Assembly (NCBI RefSeq): GCF_018350175.1
Contig: NC_058368.1
Coordinates: 75,828,001-75,892,000, forward strand
Source: Felis catus
Lineage: Eukaryota
Reading direction: 5' to 3'
DNA length: 64,000 bases
Of this stretch, positions 52,395-64,000 are shown one piece after another. The notes under the pieces were generated by a model. It searched no databases, was not told where the DNA came from, and saw nothing but the letters and a program-made list of their open reading frames with translations. Numbering within the stretch: the first letter of the stretch is position 1; each line of letters begins with the position of its first letter. Made by a program: the position numbers and the translations under genes.

Positions 52395-52700
52395 AATACC
52401 CAGTTCAGCTCCCGAGAGCAGGACAACCTGTTAGCGAGTTGTTCAAATGTCACCTCCTCTGACAAAGTGCCCACAGATGGACTGAGCCAGACCTGGCCGC
52501 TCTTCCTTTGGAATACGGAAGGCTACTTTTCACATTTTTAGGTACTATCTTGCGTTATAATTACGTATCCTTGCCTTTATCCTATGTTGGAATGAAAGGT
52601 CTTTGAAGACTTGAAATCTGACGGATGCATCTTGACACCTCTCTGCCGCCTTCGCCCTGGTCCACACTGGTGATCCATAAGCTTATGTTAATTAATGTAA
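52395..52700 (+). mobile_element. L2 3' fragment
   Basis: 'ttcaaatgtcacctcctctgac' followed by a degenerate L2 tail. Confidence 0.55.
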
Positions 52701-55098
52701 GGATGGAATCCATCTAATTAATGTACGGATGGAATCCATCTAATCCTTCCAATATGTTAATAGCAGCTCCTCTATTTTATGAAAATACTCATACAGTGCA
52801 AGTTGCTAAATCCATCTCTGGCTAAATCTAAATGGATGGCAGAAAAATAAATGACTAAAATGAATGAAGTTGAAAGGTACTTCTCTTCAAGAAAAGGCCG
52901 ATAAGGTCACACGCTTACAGCAAAACTTTATATGGATGTCTCTCTTCCTCTTCTACTTCTTTTAATAAAGAAGAAGAAATGTTTAAGAGTAGGGAAGTTC
53001 AAAAGGCAGGCTCAGGCCTTCCCTGTGATTATAGTTTGCCCCGTACTCTATTAAAAACAAGAGCAGGGATCACTGAAAATTTTGATTTAGCTGTTATGGA
53101 ACACATCCCTTCTACTCAAATGTCTTCTGCATCCAAAATGAGGCCATTTTACCCATTAGTGGGGAAAAAAAAATCCATTTTGCCTTTTTTTTGGGTTCAT
53201 TTTCATCTCAGGGAAATAATACAAATCTTGGCCCTGCAGCATTTCCTGCGGCTTATTAACCAGCTGGACCTCAAGCCATCTCGTCCTCTCGGGGAAAGCA
53301 TTAGTTCCCAGGAAATACACTTTGCCTTGATCATTATTGCATAATTAAGACCATTTTGTGTTCCTTCAATGTAACATATCAATTATTGAGGAGAAAGAGA
53401 ATACTGGGAAAAAGTGATGACATTGCTTTATAAAGAAAAAAGTTAAAAAAAAAAAGGAAGGAAAATGAGCAGTCCTAGGAGTTTAATAACTGTCCTTCAA
53501 AAGAAAACTAGCATCCAAAGGAAGTTGTTAAAGATGCTATTTTGATCGCTCTACTTGCAGAACATTTGGCAAAATGGATAAACAACAAAGGACACAAATA
53601 CAACAAAGGAGACATGTGCCCTCAAATAAATTGTACAGAACGGGCCAAGTCCTTTGGATTGTAAACTGCAGGAGCTGAATATCATCTCTAATTGAAGTTA
53701 ACAGCGAAGATGGGAGCCGGTCAGGTTTAAAGAAAAAAAAAAAAAAGCCCCCTTTGCTTATTCCTTCTCCATATGATCAACGGCCTTCCTTTGCATTAGG
53801 AAGGTGAGTAGAGAGACGGGGACCCTATTTATTCACATCTTGTGCGAGAACCTAATTCCTCTGTAAATCAGAGGGGGTCAGAGAGCAAGAAGCTGAAATC
53901 AAGGTGACAGAATCCATTTTAATAACGTGCTTAAGGAAGGAAGAGAATTTTGAATCCCGCAAATGGTTCCGATGGTTCTATTGTTTTCACCGGCTCTGCT
54001 TTGTGGCCTTTTTGTCTCGGGGCACATCACACTATAAGTGATTCCTACCCACCCTCTTCCCTCCTTCACCATGGGCTCCACAGGGAAACAGCTGGGAACA
54101 GGCAAGTCTCACCCGGCCTGAAGCGGAGTTGCTCAAACAAGAAACAAACAAAATAAGGACAGGAAGCAACAGAAATGACTTTTGTACTTCTGAAGGGAAG
54201 TAGACGCTTCAAATGAACAATCTGGTCGAGCTGTCATTTGACAAGGACATTTCATCAGCGTATAGAGGATATGCTGTGTGTGTTTACATTTAAATTTCAC
54301 ACTCGTAAAAATAAAAATTCTGGGATTTTTTGCTTTGGGTCATTCTAGAAACAGAGATTCTGAACAAACACTCCTCTGGTAGGATTCCCTTCAATATGTA
54401 GAGCTAGTGACATTTACATGGACTTTTTACACTGGAGTAAATTTTCTCAATATTGGGCCAGGCAAGGGCACATCCTGGGGAGTCCCCTGGCCATTTCCGG
54501 TTGTATACTTATTTTGTCTGGCAGTTGAGTATTGAATATCAGAATCAGCTGCTGATTTTATAGTGTTGGAAATTTTATGTAGAATTTTCTTTAAAAACAA
54601 ATCTGTGAACAGGAATCGTATAGTCAGTTGGCATCGGTCAAGGAAAGCTGAGTTATGGCAACCAATTATACGGGACTGACCCCTCATTTCATTGTGGTCT
54701 GCTCAGCATCCCCACAGTCTATCTACGATCTTCCAGAAGGTCACATTGATCCATATATATTAGAGCTTGGCCACTGTGCATTTGTATTTAAAACTGTTGA
54801 TGCAGCATGTCAAACCTTTTTGTTAATAATCAGTGCGGTAAAACCTATTAAACTATGGATTCTTTGATGGACGTGTAACCTGTATTATTGTAGCACATCA
54901 CCTTGTGCAGCATGATCAGTGTTTGTTAACTAAATAGACTGCGATTTATTTTAAAGTTGTTCATAGCCCATCTAAAATTGTTTTGTGTTAATAACTAGGC
55001 TACGAAAAGCACTAGGGAGTTATAAATATTCATGTGATTTTACATAGTCATCTACTTTCCAAATTCACAACATACGTCCCTGAAAACTTGTGTGCCCA

Positions 55099-55168
55099 GT
55101 GAGTCAGCAAACCTATTTCCAGGTATGAGAGTCAGCTCCTTTCCTGACGTGGCTCCATCAGATCCAAT
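55099..55168 (+). promoter_or_regulatory. Candidate enhancer motif cluster (ARE/AP-1, TGACGTGG, CCAAT)
   Basis: GTGAGTCAGCA at 55099-55109, TGACGTGG at 55145-55152, CCAAT at 55164-55168; motif match only. Confidence 0.3.
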
Positions 55169-56266
55169 CAAGTCACTTGGTGGACGAGACAGCATTTTTA
55201 CCTTTGCCTGTTAGAGTTCCTTCCACATTTGACTGTGAGTTCAGCAGGCAATTTGCTTTGGCCTCATAAACTCAAAAATCACAACCTAAATACCCACAGA
55301 CTCTCTCTTAAGATAGAATAATCTACTACAATCACATGCTCCTCATAATCTCTGATTGGACAGATCATCTTGACGGCCCTCACTGCTTGATTGAATCATA
55401 AATGGTTATAATCACAATCTCTTCACACTTCTCCATTTTAGCCTGAATAGACAATGCGAGGTGTAGCCTTACCATCTGTCAACTCTATATATTTTAAGCA
55501 AATAATATACAGAGATGGATGTAAACAGACGCTGATAAAACAATCTGTCCATATGTATATAGATCACATAGAATTAGAGACACCCATCCCCGGGGTCCAG
55601 GGCTTTATTTTCCTTTTCATTCATTATCAGAAGCTTCCTGTGGCCTGTATCAAGGTTACAAGGCTTCTCCTCCAAAACCTCCTTGGTGCCTTGTGTCGTC
55701 TGTGAGTGGGGATTCTGTCATTCCTCTTCCTTAAGTTTTAGCTTATTCTAACACGGTTTCTAACTCAGACGCAAACCTCGCTGCAATTTATATAGTCAGC
55801 TGTGTTCAAGAAATAGAAAAAAAAAATGAAAATAGGAGGGCTCGCTGTGCTCCTCTCAAAGGGATATCCTATCACGACAGCATATCCTGAAGGCCTCAAC
55901 TAGTGTAATCAGTCACAGGTGAGTGAGTCGGTCAAGACGTAGAAACTTTTCTGAATCAGCAACCTTTAAAAACATGAGTTGACAATATTAACGCTCGAAA
56001 AGCCGTGTGACCTCAGTTTCTTCATTTGAATGTCACATTAAAATATTTGCATCTAAAAAACGAATTACTATGTGCAGAATCACATGTGTGTTAAGGGATG
56101 CTGCTTTATCTCCCAAATGTTGGCACCTGAAACTAAGCTTTCCAATTGCATTCTCCGGAAGGGACGTGTTTGAAGGCTTTTGAACTGAAAAGTAAGAATT
56201 TAAACCAAATTCCCACCAGTAAATGATTTTTAGTGAAATTAAACGACATTGTACGGCCCATCTAAA

Positions 56267-56477
56267 TTTTTTTTTTTTAACGTTTATTTATTTTTGAGAC
56301 AGAGAGACAGAGCATGAACGGCGGAGGGTCAGAGAGAGGGAGACACAGAATCTGAAACAGGCTCCAGGTTCTGAACTGTCAGCACAGAGCCCGACGCGGG
56401 GCTCGAACTCACGGACGGCAAGATCATGACCTGAGCCGAAGTCGGCCGCCCAACAGACTGAGCCACCCAGGCGCCCC
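56267..56477 (-). mobile_element. Can-SINE (young, CpG-rich)
   Basis: TSD tgtaYggcccatctaaa at 56250-56266 and 56478-56494. Confidence 0.97.
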
Positions 56478-57289
56478 TGTATGGCCCATCTAAAGCGTGC
56501 ACTGATTCTACGTGAGAACAAAGAAAGCACACCATTATGTATACTTAGATGAATGCATTGATTAGATATTGCAGAAATTTTAGTAAAATTGAAGTTTTAT
56601 TATTATATGAAGTACCAGGAGGTGAAATCTATTTAAGTCAGGTGTTTCTCCCCGAAGATAAAACTGGCTAAGTGTTTCTTGCACCCCGAACACCATTTAG
56701 TTTTGTTTTAGTGGCGATTGATTTCGTCATCACCGCTGGTCAGCTATATTACGGCTGTAGCTGGGTTATGGTAACTCATAAAAGAGCCAGCATGGCAAGA
56801 CAATGAGGTTTCCAGATACTCAGAGAGATGCTTTTCACTTAGCAAAACATATAATATTTTCTGGGTTTGGCTGCAATGTTCTCGTTGGCGTAAGTATTGA
56901 CTCTGTGGCAATCTTAACCCAGTCGTGCTTATTAACAAAGACCGGTATCACTTGTCATTTTTTTTTACAGGGTCAGGGGTCGGGAGCTGCACTTAAAGGC
57001 AGATCTCGTCAAACTGCACTAAATGTGGGCTACTAAAAGTCTAAACCTCTGACAAGCAAAAGCATAAAAGGATCTTTTGACTTTTTTACTTTATTTTTAT
57101 GGATTTGAATGGTTTAAAATCACATTACCATGCAGAGCTGGAGTTCAGCTTGTAGGTAAGGGAGCACGCACTCTGGTTGGGGCGGTCTTCCCCGCTGTCT
57201 GGGGGGTGGGAGGTGGGCGCTTATCCCTCTATCAGATAGAAAATTCTTTGAAATGTTGTGTTTCCTTGTAAAAACACAACTATAGAGAG

Positions 57290-57940
57290 GTCACTGTCCT
57301 TCCCCTGCCCTCCTAGCTTGCCTCCCCTCCCCCAACCCACTCTACACCCATCCCATCCCCCCACCACCACCGCCATACTGCAGGCTGAGAGACCACTTTG
57401 AATGCTAATCTCATCTGGTCCTCACCAAATCCCTCTAATGGCTTCTCAGTTTTTTGGATAAATTTCAGACTTCTTGCCTAAATGAGCCCCTGGATTCTCT
57501 GACATCACTGCCCTCTGCTTTCCATCAACTGGGGACTTTTTTTTTCTCCCTTCCTTGAATAGTTCTAGCTCCCCTCTGGTCCAGCCTTTCCCACCGCTCG
57601 TCCCCACTCCTCAAACACCCCCCCTTCCCCCCGCTCCAAGCCAGGCTCCTGTGTCACCTTAACCTACAAGATTCTTTCAGCTCAGTCAGGAACTGTTCAG
57701 GAAGGCTTCCCTGATTGCCCACTTTGAGCTAGTTTTAATGTCTCAATCTGTCTCTTTCAGAATAATCATCTAAATTTGAATCAATGATTAATATGCTTAT
57801 CTCATTAATACTGTTTTCCCAAACAGGACTGTAACCTGAGCCAGAGAGCTCTTAACCTATGGATTGTTTTGATCATCACTATGAACTCAGAGCCTGGAAC
57901 AATGTGATTGTACGGAATGGATATTCAATAAAGATATGGT
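57290..57940 (+). mobile_element. L2 3' region
   Basis: 'aaatccctctaatggcttctc', 'caggaaggcttccctgatt', 'cagagcctggaacaatg...tattcaataaa'. Confidence 0.7.
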
Positions 57941-58091
57941 GTATCAAAGGACAAATATTTGTCCTTATGGGGAAGCAGAGTTTTGTGGCACCTTTATGAA
58001 TCACATTTTCCATGTAAGAACTACCTTGAAAAACAAATTTTACACTGTGACACCGCTGGTTTATTTGTTCCATTTAAACATATTGACTCTG

Positions 58092-58303
58092 GGGGCGCCT
58101 AGGTGGCTCAGTCAGTTAAGCATCAGACTTTGGCTCAGGTCATGATCTCGGGGTTCATAGATTCGAGCCTCGTGTCAGGCTCTGCACTGACAGCTGGGAG
58201 CCTGGAGCCTGCTTGGGATTCTCTGTCTTCCTCTCTCTCTGCCCCTCCCCACTTGTGTTCTCTCTCTGTCTCTCAAAAATAAACATTAAACAAACTTAAA
58301 AAA
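58092..58303 (+). mobile_element. Can-SINE
   Basis: TSD taaacataYtRactctg at 58075-58091 and 58304-58320. Confidence 0.96.
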
Positions 58304-58457
58304 TAAACATACTAACTCTGAAATATATTTAAATTTAGGAATATAGTGAATGGATCGATAAATAACAAGTGAGTCATAAAGATTACCAGAGTATACCAAA
58401 GAATGTCCTTCCCACCAAAAAAAAGAAAAAAAAGAAAAACAATTTTCAAGGCAATAT

Positions 58458-58697
58458 TTTTTCTTTTTTTTTCTTTCTGTCTTTTTTTAAATTTATTTTG
58501 AGAGAGAGAGCAAGTAGGGGAGGGGCACAGAGAGAGGAAGACAGAATTCTAAGCAGGCTCTGCACTGTCAGCACAGAACCCCATGTGGGGCTTGAACCCA
58601 CGAACCATGAGCTAAGCCATGAGCTAACCATGGCTAATCACGAACTAAGCCAACATCAAGAGTCAAACGCTTAACTAAATGAGTCACCCAGGTGCCC
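58458..58697 (-). mobile_element. Can-SINE with an internal tandem expansion
   Basis: Antisense body; ccatgagctaa repeated at ~58603-58653. Confidence 0.93.
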
Positions 58698-58726
58698 TCT
58701 AGGAGTTTTTTTTCAAAACTAACTTT

Positions 58727-58952
58727 TTTTTTTTAAATTTTTTTTCAATGTTTTTTTATTTATCTTTGGGACAGAGAGAGACAGAGCATGAACGGGGGAG
58801 GGGCAGAGAGAGAGGGAGACACACCATCGGAAACAGGCTCCAGGCTCCGAGCCATCAGCCCAGAGCCTGACGCGGGGCTCGAACTCACGGACCGCGAGAT
58901 CGTGACCTGGCTGAAGTTGGACGCTTAACCGACTGCGCCACCCAGGCGCCCC
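58727..58952 (-). mobile_element. Young SINEC_Fc-type SINE
   Basis: Perfect TSD tcaaaactaacttt at 58713-58726 and 58953-58966. Confidence 0.97.
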
Positions 58953-61439
58953 TCAAAACTAACTTTAAATTATGGTAATAATCATTCTAAAGTACTACTC
59001 GAAAATCCAGATATATGTACTATTTTCCAAGCTCCCATGCTACAAGTTCAATTTTAGAGAATGTCAACCATCTATTAAGTGCTATTGGAATAGCACAGCA
59101 TAATGACATTATGAAAGAATGGGTTTTTCTCCCTCTAGATACTTAATGGATCCCAAACAAATCACTTAAACCATAAAAATAACAATTAAATATTGCTATT
59201 TTTATATTGTTAGAAATATTAAATTAGATATTGTATATGTACAAAAGTCTGTAGAAAAAATATAATAAAGAAACACTGTTTTTTTATTATTCAAATACTA
59301 TCAATGTGATTTCAAAATTAGTCTTACTTTACATTTTAGGACAATTAAGTAAAACAGTCAGGAGTCTGTGTGGCCTTGTGTAGGTTAAATTTAACCTGCT
59401 GTTTTCATATCAAAAATACAATTTCCAGACATCTGACAGATCTGAAGACATACACATTGCTATTTGTTTAATACTTGGTAAAGTTTCAAAGATATTGCTC
59501 TTTCGAGTTACTTTTAAGTATGAGATTCTATCCAAACCTTGAAATATCTTTTGACTTTTTATTTGAAAATGCGCATGCATGTGTATTCATGAAGGGCAAA
59601 GAAATGATAAATGTTCTCATCTGAGTTAGAACCAAAGACAGTGTAGGCAGCTGCTGTGAGCTTCCTTATTGCTTTTGGCCTGACATGAGCTGGAAGATGT
59701 TGCAAGCATTAAAAGGCTGCACCCTAGTCTCTGTCACCTTCAGCTATGACTTCCCTTCTACAAAAGCCATGGAACACCACATAAGAGGATTCAGGTTTAT
59801 GCATCTTCTAGCCATTACTTGATTACCTTCTACAACCTCGATAGATTTTTCCAGAGCCTGATAAATTTTGAGACACTATTTGATATTCTACAGTGGTCAC
59901 CCCCCTGTGGTCACCCCCCCCCCCCCGCCGGTGTTCAGGTATTCTCCCTGTACTCAGATAAGTTTTCAAAAGAATTATCACAAAGAGTCACTTTTTTAAA
60001 AAAGAGTTACTTTTCAAAGTCAAAAGAAATTTTCCATCTCAAAATGCTCTGAAATGATCAATATGGAAATTTACAAGAATACAATTCTTTAGACTGACAT
60101 CAGATACATCCTGTTTCGATCACGATATCAACAGAAGCGTTACCTCATCCAGGGTTCAAATTATTTCTTCACTAAACTGCACCCTCCTATCAAAGATCAA
60201 TGCTTACCTCTCATAGTCAGTAGGGATTTTAATGTAAGCAGAACAGTGCTTTTTGTCCCTACAGGTTTTCTTTCCAAATGGGGAAGAAATGATAACTATT
60301 AATCAATACAAAATTTAATGCCGGTGGAAGAAATGAGTACTTGCTCAAAGCAGTATTTTTAGAACCCACATTTAATCTTTGGCATGGAAAAAAAAAAAAA
60401 GTACCTTCTGCCTAGAGGATCATTCAGACCCTTTGCATTTCTAGAACCGTATGGAGCTATAATCTCTTTTCCATAAACCCCAATTCCAGAAGGCCTTTAG
60501 TCCTGGAATTATGTTACAGTCTCTTTAAAACCAGATTTGGAGAGACGGTATACAAAAAATTTTTCAATGAATCCTTAGCTAGCTTTAAATTTTATATGCA
60601 TACTTTTTCCTATCTTAGATATTTAATACACAAATGGAATTTATTTCCACACATTTGGCCATCTTATTTCTGTGCAGAATTATAGTGGGTGTGAGTTTAA
60701 GAGAACTCTTGCATTAAAAAGGCTATTTATAAAATTTTCCTGTAGACGCTCATGAAAAAAGAATGGTATTAACCAACCATATTGACCTGTAACCCTAGAC
60801 ACCGTTCCCCTGTGAGACTGGCTGTTCATGCAGAGATTACTAAAAAAGAAATTGTAAACTTATTTAAATTAAAGAATATTTCAAATTTTAAGATCAAATA
60901 TTGGTGATAAGTGTACAAATTAGCGTATGGAAAAGAGCCAAGGATATTTAGGGAGCCTTCATTATTAAATAGGAAATTGGCAGTCAACGGAGCAAACTTA
61001 ATAAACTGCTGGTTGATATAATCTTAGACTATGTATTTCATTAATTTAAGATGTGATACATTTTATATATTAATGTGATGATTACTATCTAATCTCTTTA
61101 GAACTTTTCACAGTTCAGTCCAAATCCCTTTGTTACAAAGAACATCTATAATTACACTGAGAAAAAATTTGAACAGTATAATTTAGAGGAATCAATGTGT
61201 CCATTTCAATACAGTCCTCTTAAATTATGATTATAAAAATTAAAAACATCACAAATACTTACCAAGAAAAATCCCCATTAAAATGTCTGTTTATACTGCA
61301 CACATGTTCAAATATTTTTTATCAATGTGTTTTTTTTTTCTTATAAAAAATAAAGGAATAGCCAATGTTTATTTAAATATTTAGGTACTAACTGTATACC
61401 ACAAAACACACTAGAGACGTAAAAACAAAATTTTTAAAG

Positions 61440-61930
61440 CAGTTAAGACGCTATTTTTGACAACACACTTGGTTGAAAAATAGAAGAATTATAATATCCA
61501 GTGCTGTTGAGTTCGTGTGGCAATAGTTGCAGTAAAGAAGCAGTAAGAATATAAATTGATACAAAGCTTTGCACAGCCCTTTGGCAATGCTATCTTATTT
61601 TCTTTATATATGGCGTGTGACTTACCAGTCTGACTTTAAAAACTCTAATCTTCAGTAGTGTGCAGTATATCCTGGGTGGAGAATATCGGAGATAGACTCA
61701 TGGACCAACAAACTGAAAAACAAATGGCTAGATGCTCACGAAGGCACTTCTATTGGAAGGAAATATACACAAATCAGATAACCATGCAGTGACTAATTGA
61801 CACATGGAAATACTATATAGCCATTAAAAGGAATAAGCAAATCTGTGTGGACTGATAAAATAAATCGTGAAGGCATGGAGAGACACATACCCATAAGAAT
61901 AAAAAAAGTTTAACAAAATACGTATCGCTA
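61440..61930 (+). mobile_element. Ancient L1ME-like fragment
   Basis: 'aatatccagtgctgttgag...gaatataaattgatacaa...tttggcaat...atggaaatactatatagccattaaaaggaat'. Confidence 0.7.
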
Positions 61931-62209
61931 TGTCAGAGAGTAAGGTAATATTTGGATCAGCAATATGTGAATTTTTTTTAAGATTTCTCAACTACCAGGA
62001 AAAAGACAGCTCTGAGCAGAGGCCAGGAGGACAGAGCCTCTAAAGAATCAGGGTAACAGACAGGAAGCAAAGAATCCTGGAATAATAGAGAGATGTTTCC
62101 AATGAAGCCTGGCTTGAACTGGTCCCATAGCATTTACAACATTCAATTAGTTCAATTAGACAATTTAGTTAAAACATTTCCCCAAAAATGAGAGGATAAA
62201 ACCTTTCTT

Positions 62210-62417
62210 TCTTTTTTTTTTAATGTTTATTCATTATTTGAGTCAACAGAGCATGAGCAGGGGAGGGACAGAGAGAGAGGGAGACACAGAATCTGAAACA
62301 GGTTCTAGGCTCTGAGGGGTCAGTATAGAGCCCGATGTGGGGCTCGAACTCATGAACCGCGAGATCATGCCCTGAGGTGAAGTTGGATGCTTAACCGACT
62401 GAGCCACCCAGGTGCCC
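62210..62417 (-). mobile_element. Can-SINE
   Basis: TSD ataaaacctttctt at 62196-62209 and 62423-62436. Confidence 0.96.
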
Positions 62418-62898
62418 TGAGCATAAAACCTTTCTTATGTAATAAACAAAAGGCAAAGTCTACAACCATGTAGTAATTGATTGGTAAGTAACAAGGCCAA
62501 AGAAAGAATAAAAATAATTGATGCTAATAAAAAATTACTTTTATTATAGTTTTCTTCTCCCTCAAACTAATATCCAATCATATTGAGAAGTATTTTCTGT
62601 TTGGGTTTAGAGTTCATACCAATACTAATACTGTCTTAATTTGTTTCTTTTAAGAGTATTTCTTATGCCTTTCTTTAATATTTTCACATTTTTCATTCTC
62701 TCGAGGCAACATGTCTATGGACTTCAAAAGTCAAGAATGGCAGATAAATATTTAAAATCTCAGTTTGAATCATATCTTTTCACAGGCTTTTTGACTGCTG
62801 GCATTTATATCTGCTTCTTATTTAAAACCCTCTCAATTCCTAAACTGAAATATTGGATTACTATTCACAATGACAGTTTGGAAATCACTGAAAAGAGA

Positions 62899-62906
62899 TG
62901 CACATT

Positions 62907-62949
<43 letters not shown>

Positions 62950-63022
62950 AACCTTTAAAGCAAACGAGTTTAAGCATGCCGGGGTGTGTATTTCTTCAAC
63001 AATCAAGTTGCCCCTGCACATT

Positions 63023-63077
<55 letters not shown>

Positions 63078-63146
63078 AACCTTTAAAGCAAACGAGTTTA
63101 AGCATGCCGGGGTGTGTATTTCTTCAACAATCAAGTTGCCCCTGCA
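62899..63146 (+). repeat. Two-copy tandem duplication (116 and 128 bp), each copy with a (TG)n
   Basis: Units 62899-63014 and 63015-63142 are identical except (TG)18 versus (TG)24; TGCA at all three junctions. Confidence 0.97.
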
Positions 63147-64000
63147 ATTGCACACTCTTAACTCTGTCTTTCAAAAATAAATGTCCTTTGAGAAAAAGTG
63201 GTCAAGCACTTCTCTCCCTGCCAAACTATTTCTTCCCCAGGGCACTATTTCCCAATTATCCTTTCTTGTCATCATCACCTTCTTCTTGTCTGGGATCATC
63301 AACATTTCAACCAAGTTTCTGTGCTGCAAAGTCACTGGGAAAACCAGGACCCCACACCAAGATGATCATCTCCCAAACACACAAAACGACAATGGGGCAA
63401 GAGAGATCAAATACTTCGGATAGAAAACCGGGATGTTTGTCTCCATAGGTGGCCTAAATGTCTAGTCTGATTAGGAACACTCTTTTAAGCACAAAATACT
63501 ACTTGCCTTGATAGGGAATCCTAACAAAGTATGAAAGCATCTGCCCTGAACCAAAAGGAATGCAGAAAATGAAATATGACTCAAAACGGGGTCCGTCGAG
63601 CAACTCTCTGAACAGATGCAATTTCTTTCTTTAAATACATAAAACATGTACTTGATAGAAGACCAAGGCACCTCATATACTACATTTATTTTTGCAGACA
63701 CCTACGTTTCATTATCTGCCATTCATCAAGAAATGAAGCGGTGGAAAGAACTTGAAATGCAAAATGTTCAATTTCAATTTTGTTTTGGGCAACTGCGGAA
63801 GTGGCTTTTTTGGATATTTCTCTAACACAATAAATGTATACCCTACAGCCAAGGAGACTGTATAAATTTTCCCCTGGCAGAGCTACTATTTCCAATACTA
63901 CTCAAGAGGATATTTTATCTTCGCTGTGTGTAGAAATATACATCTTCAACATTCATTAACATTAGCATTTATTTTGGTTCCTGTTATGCATGCATATACG

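Noticed and set aside
9562..58674. Recurrent similar ORFs (MAQSVKRPTSAQV..., ...EFEPRVRLWADGSEPGAC...) suggesting a gene family
   Set aside because: All are translations of Can-SINE bodies.
60245..60320. Acceptor followed by GFLSKWGRN, reminiscent of a PH-domain start
   Set aside because: Stop after 12 codons; chance similarity.
4120..62417. tRNA genes
   Set aside because: The A/B-box sequences are tRNA-derived SINE heads followed by CT tracts, A-tails and TSDs.
63690..63865. Possible terminal exon after tttatttttgcag
   Set aside because: Peptide unrecognised and no upstream coding exons identified.
1..64000. Prokaryotic systems (operons, CRISPR arrays, defence islands)
   Set aside because: The sequence is mammalian; the longest ORF is 143 aa and there is no repeat-spacer periodicity.

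Overview
This is not microbial DNA. It is AT-rich, CpG-depleted mammalian genomic sequence, almost certainly felid: 27 tRNA-derived Can-SINEs are present, including young SINEC_Fc-type copies. It also carries L1, L2, MIR, CR1/L3, ERV-L/LTR and hAT (MER58B) fossils, plus microsatellites. I cannot support any intact protein-coding gene, RNA gene or CRISPR array. The supplied ORFs are SINE, L1 or low-complexity read-throughs or chance ORFs, so the window looks intronic or intergenic and I cannot name the locus. The most interesting signal is one L1 apparently split into two same-strand, collinear pieces (4591-4908 and ~10753-11860). They lie ~5.8 kb apart with short inverted repeats at the junctions, which suggests an L1-insertion (twin-priming) associated inversion of ~6 kb. 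Other observations: a decayed ERV-L integrase and gag missed by the ORF track; nested, internally deleted and tail-to-tail inverted SINEs; a perfect tandem duplication carrying two different (TG)n lengths; two candidate minus-strand exons; and several palindromic or stress-response motif clusters. Repeat family names are from recalled consensus sequences, not from a database search, and boundaries of old repeats are approximate. I see no evidence for a new biological system.
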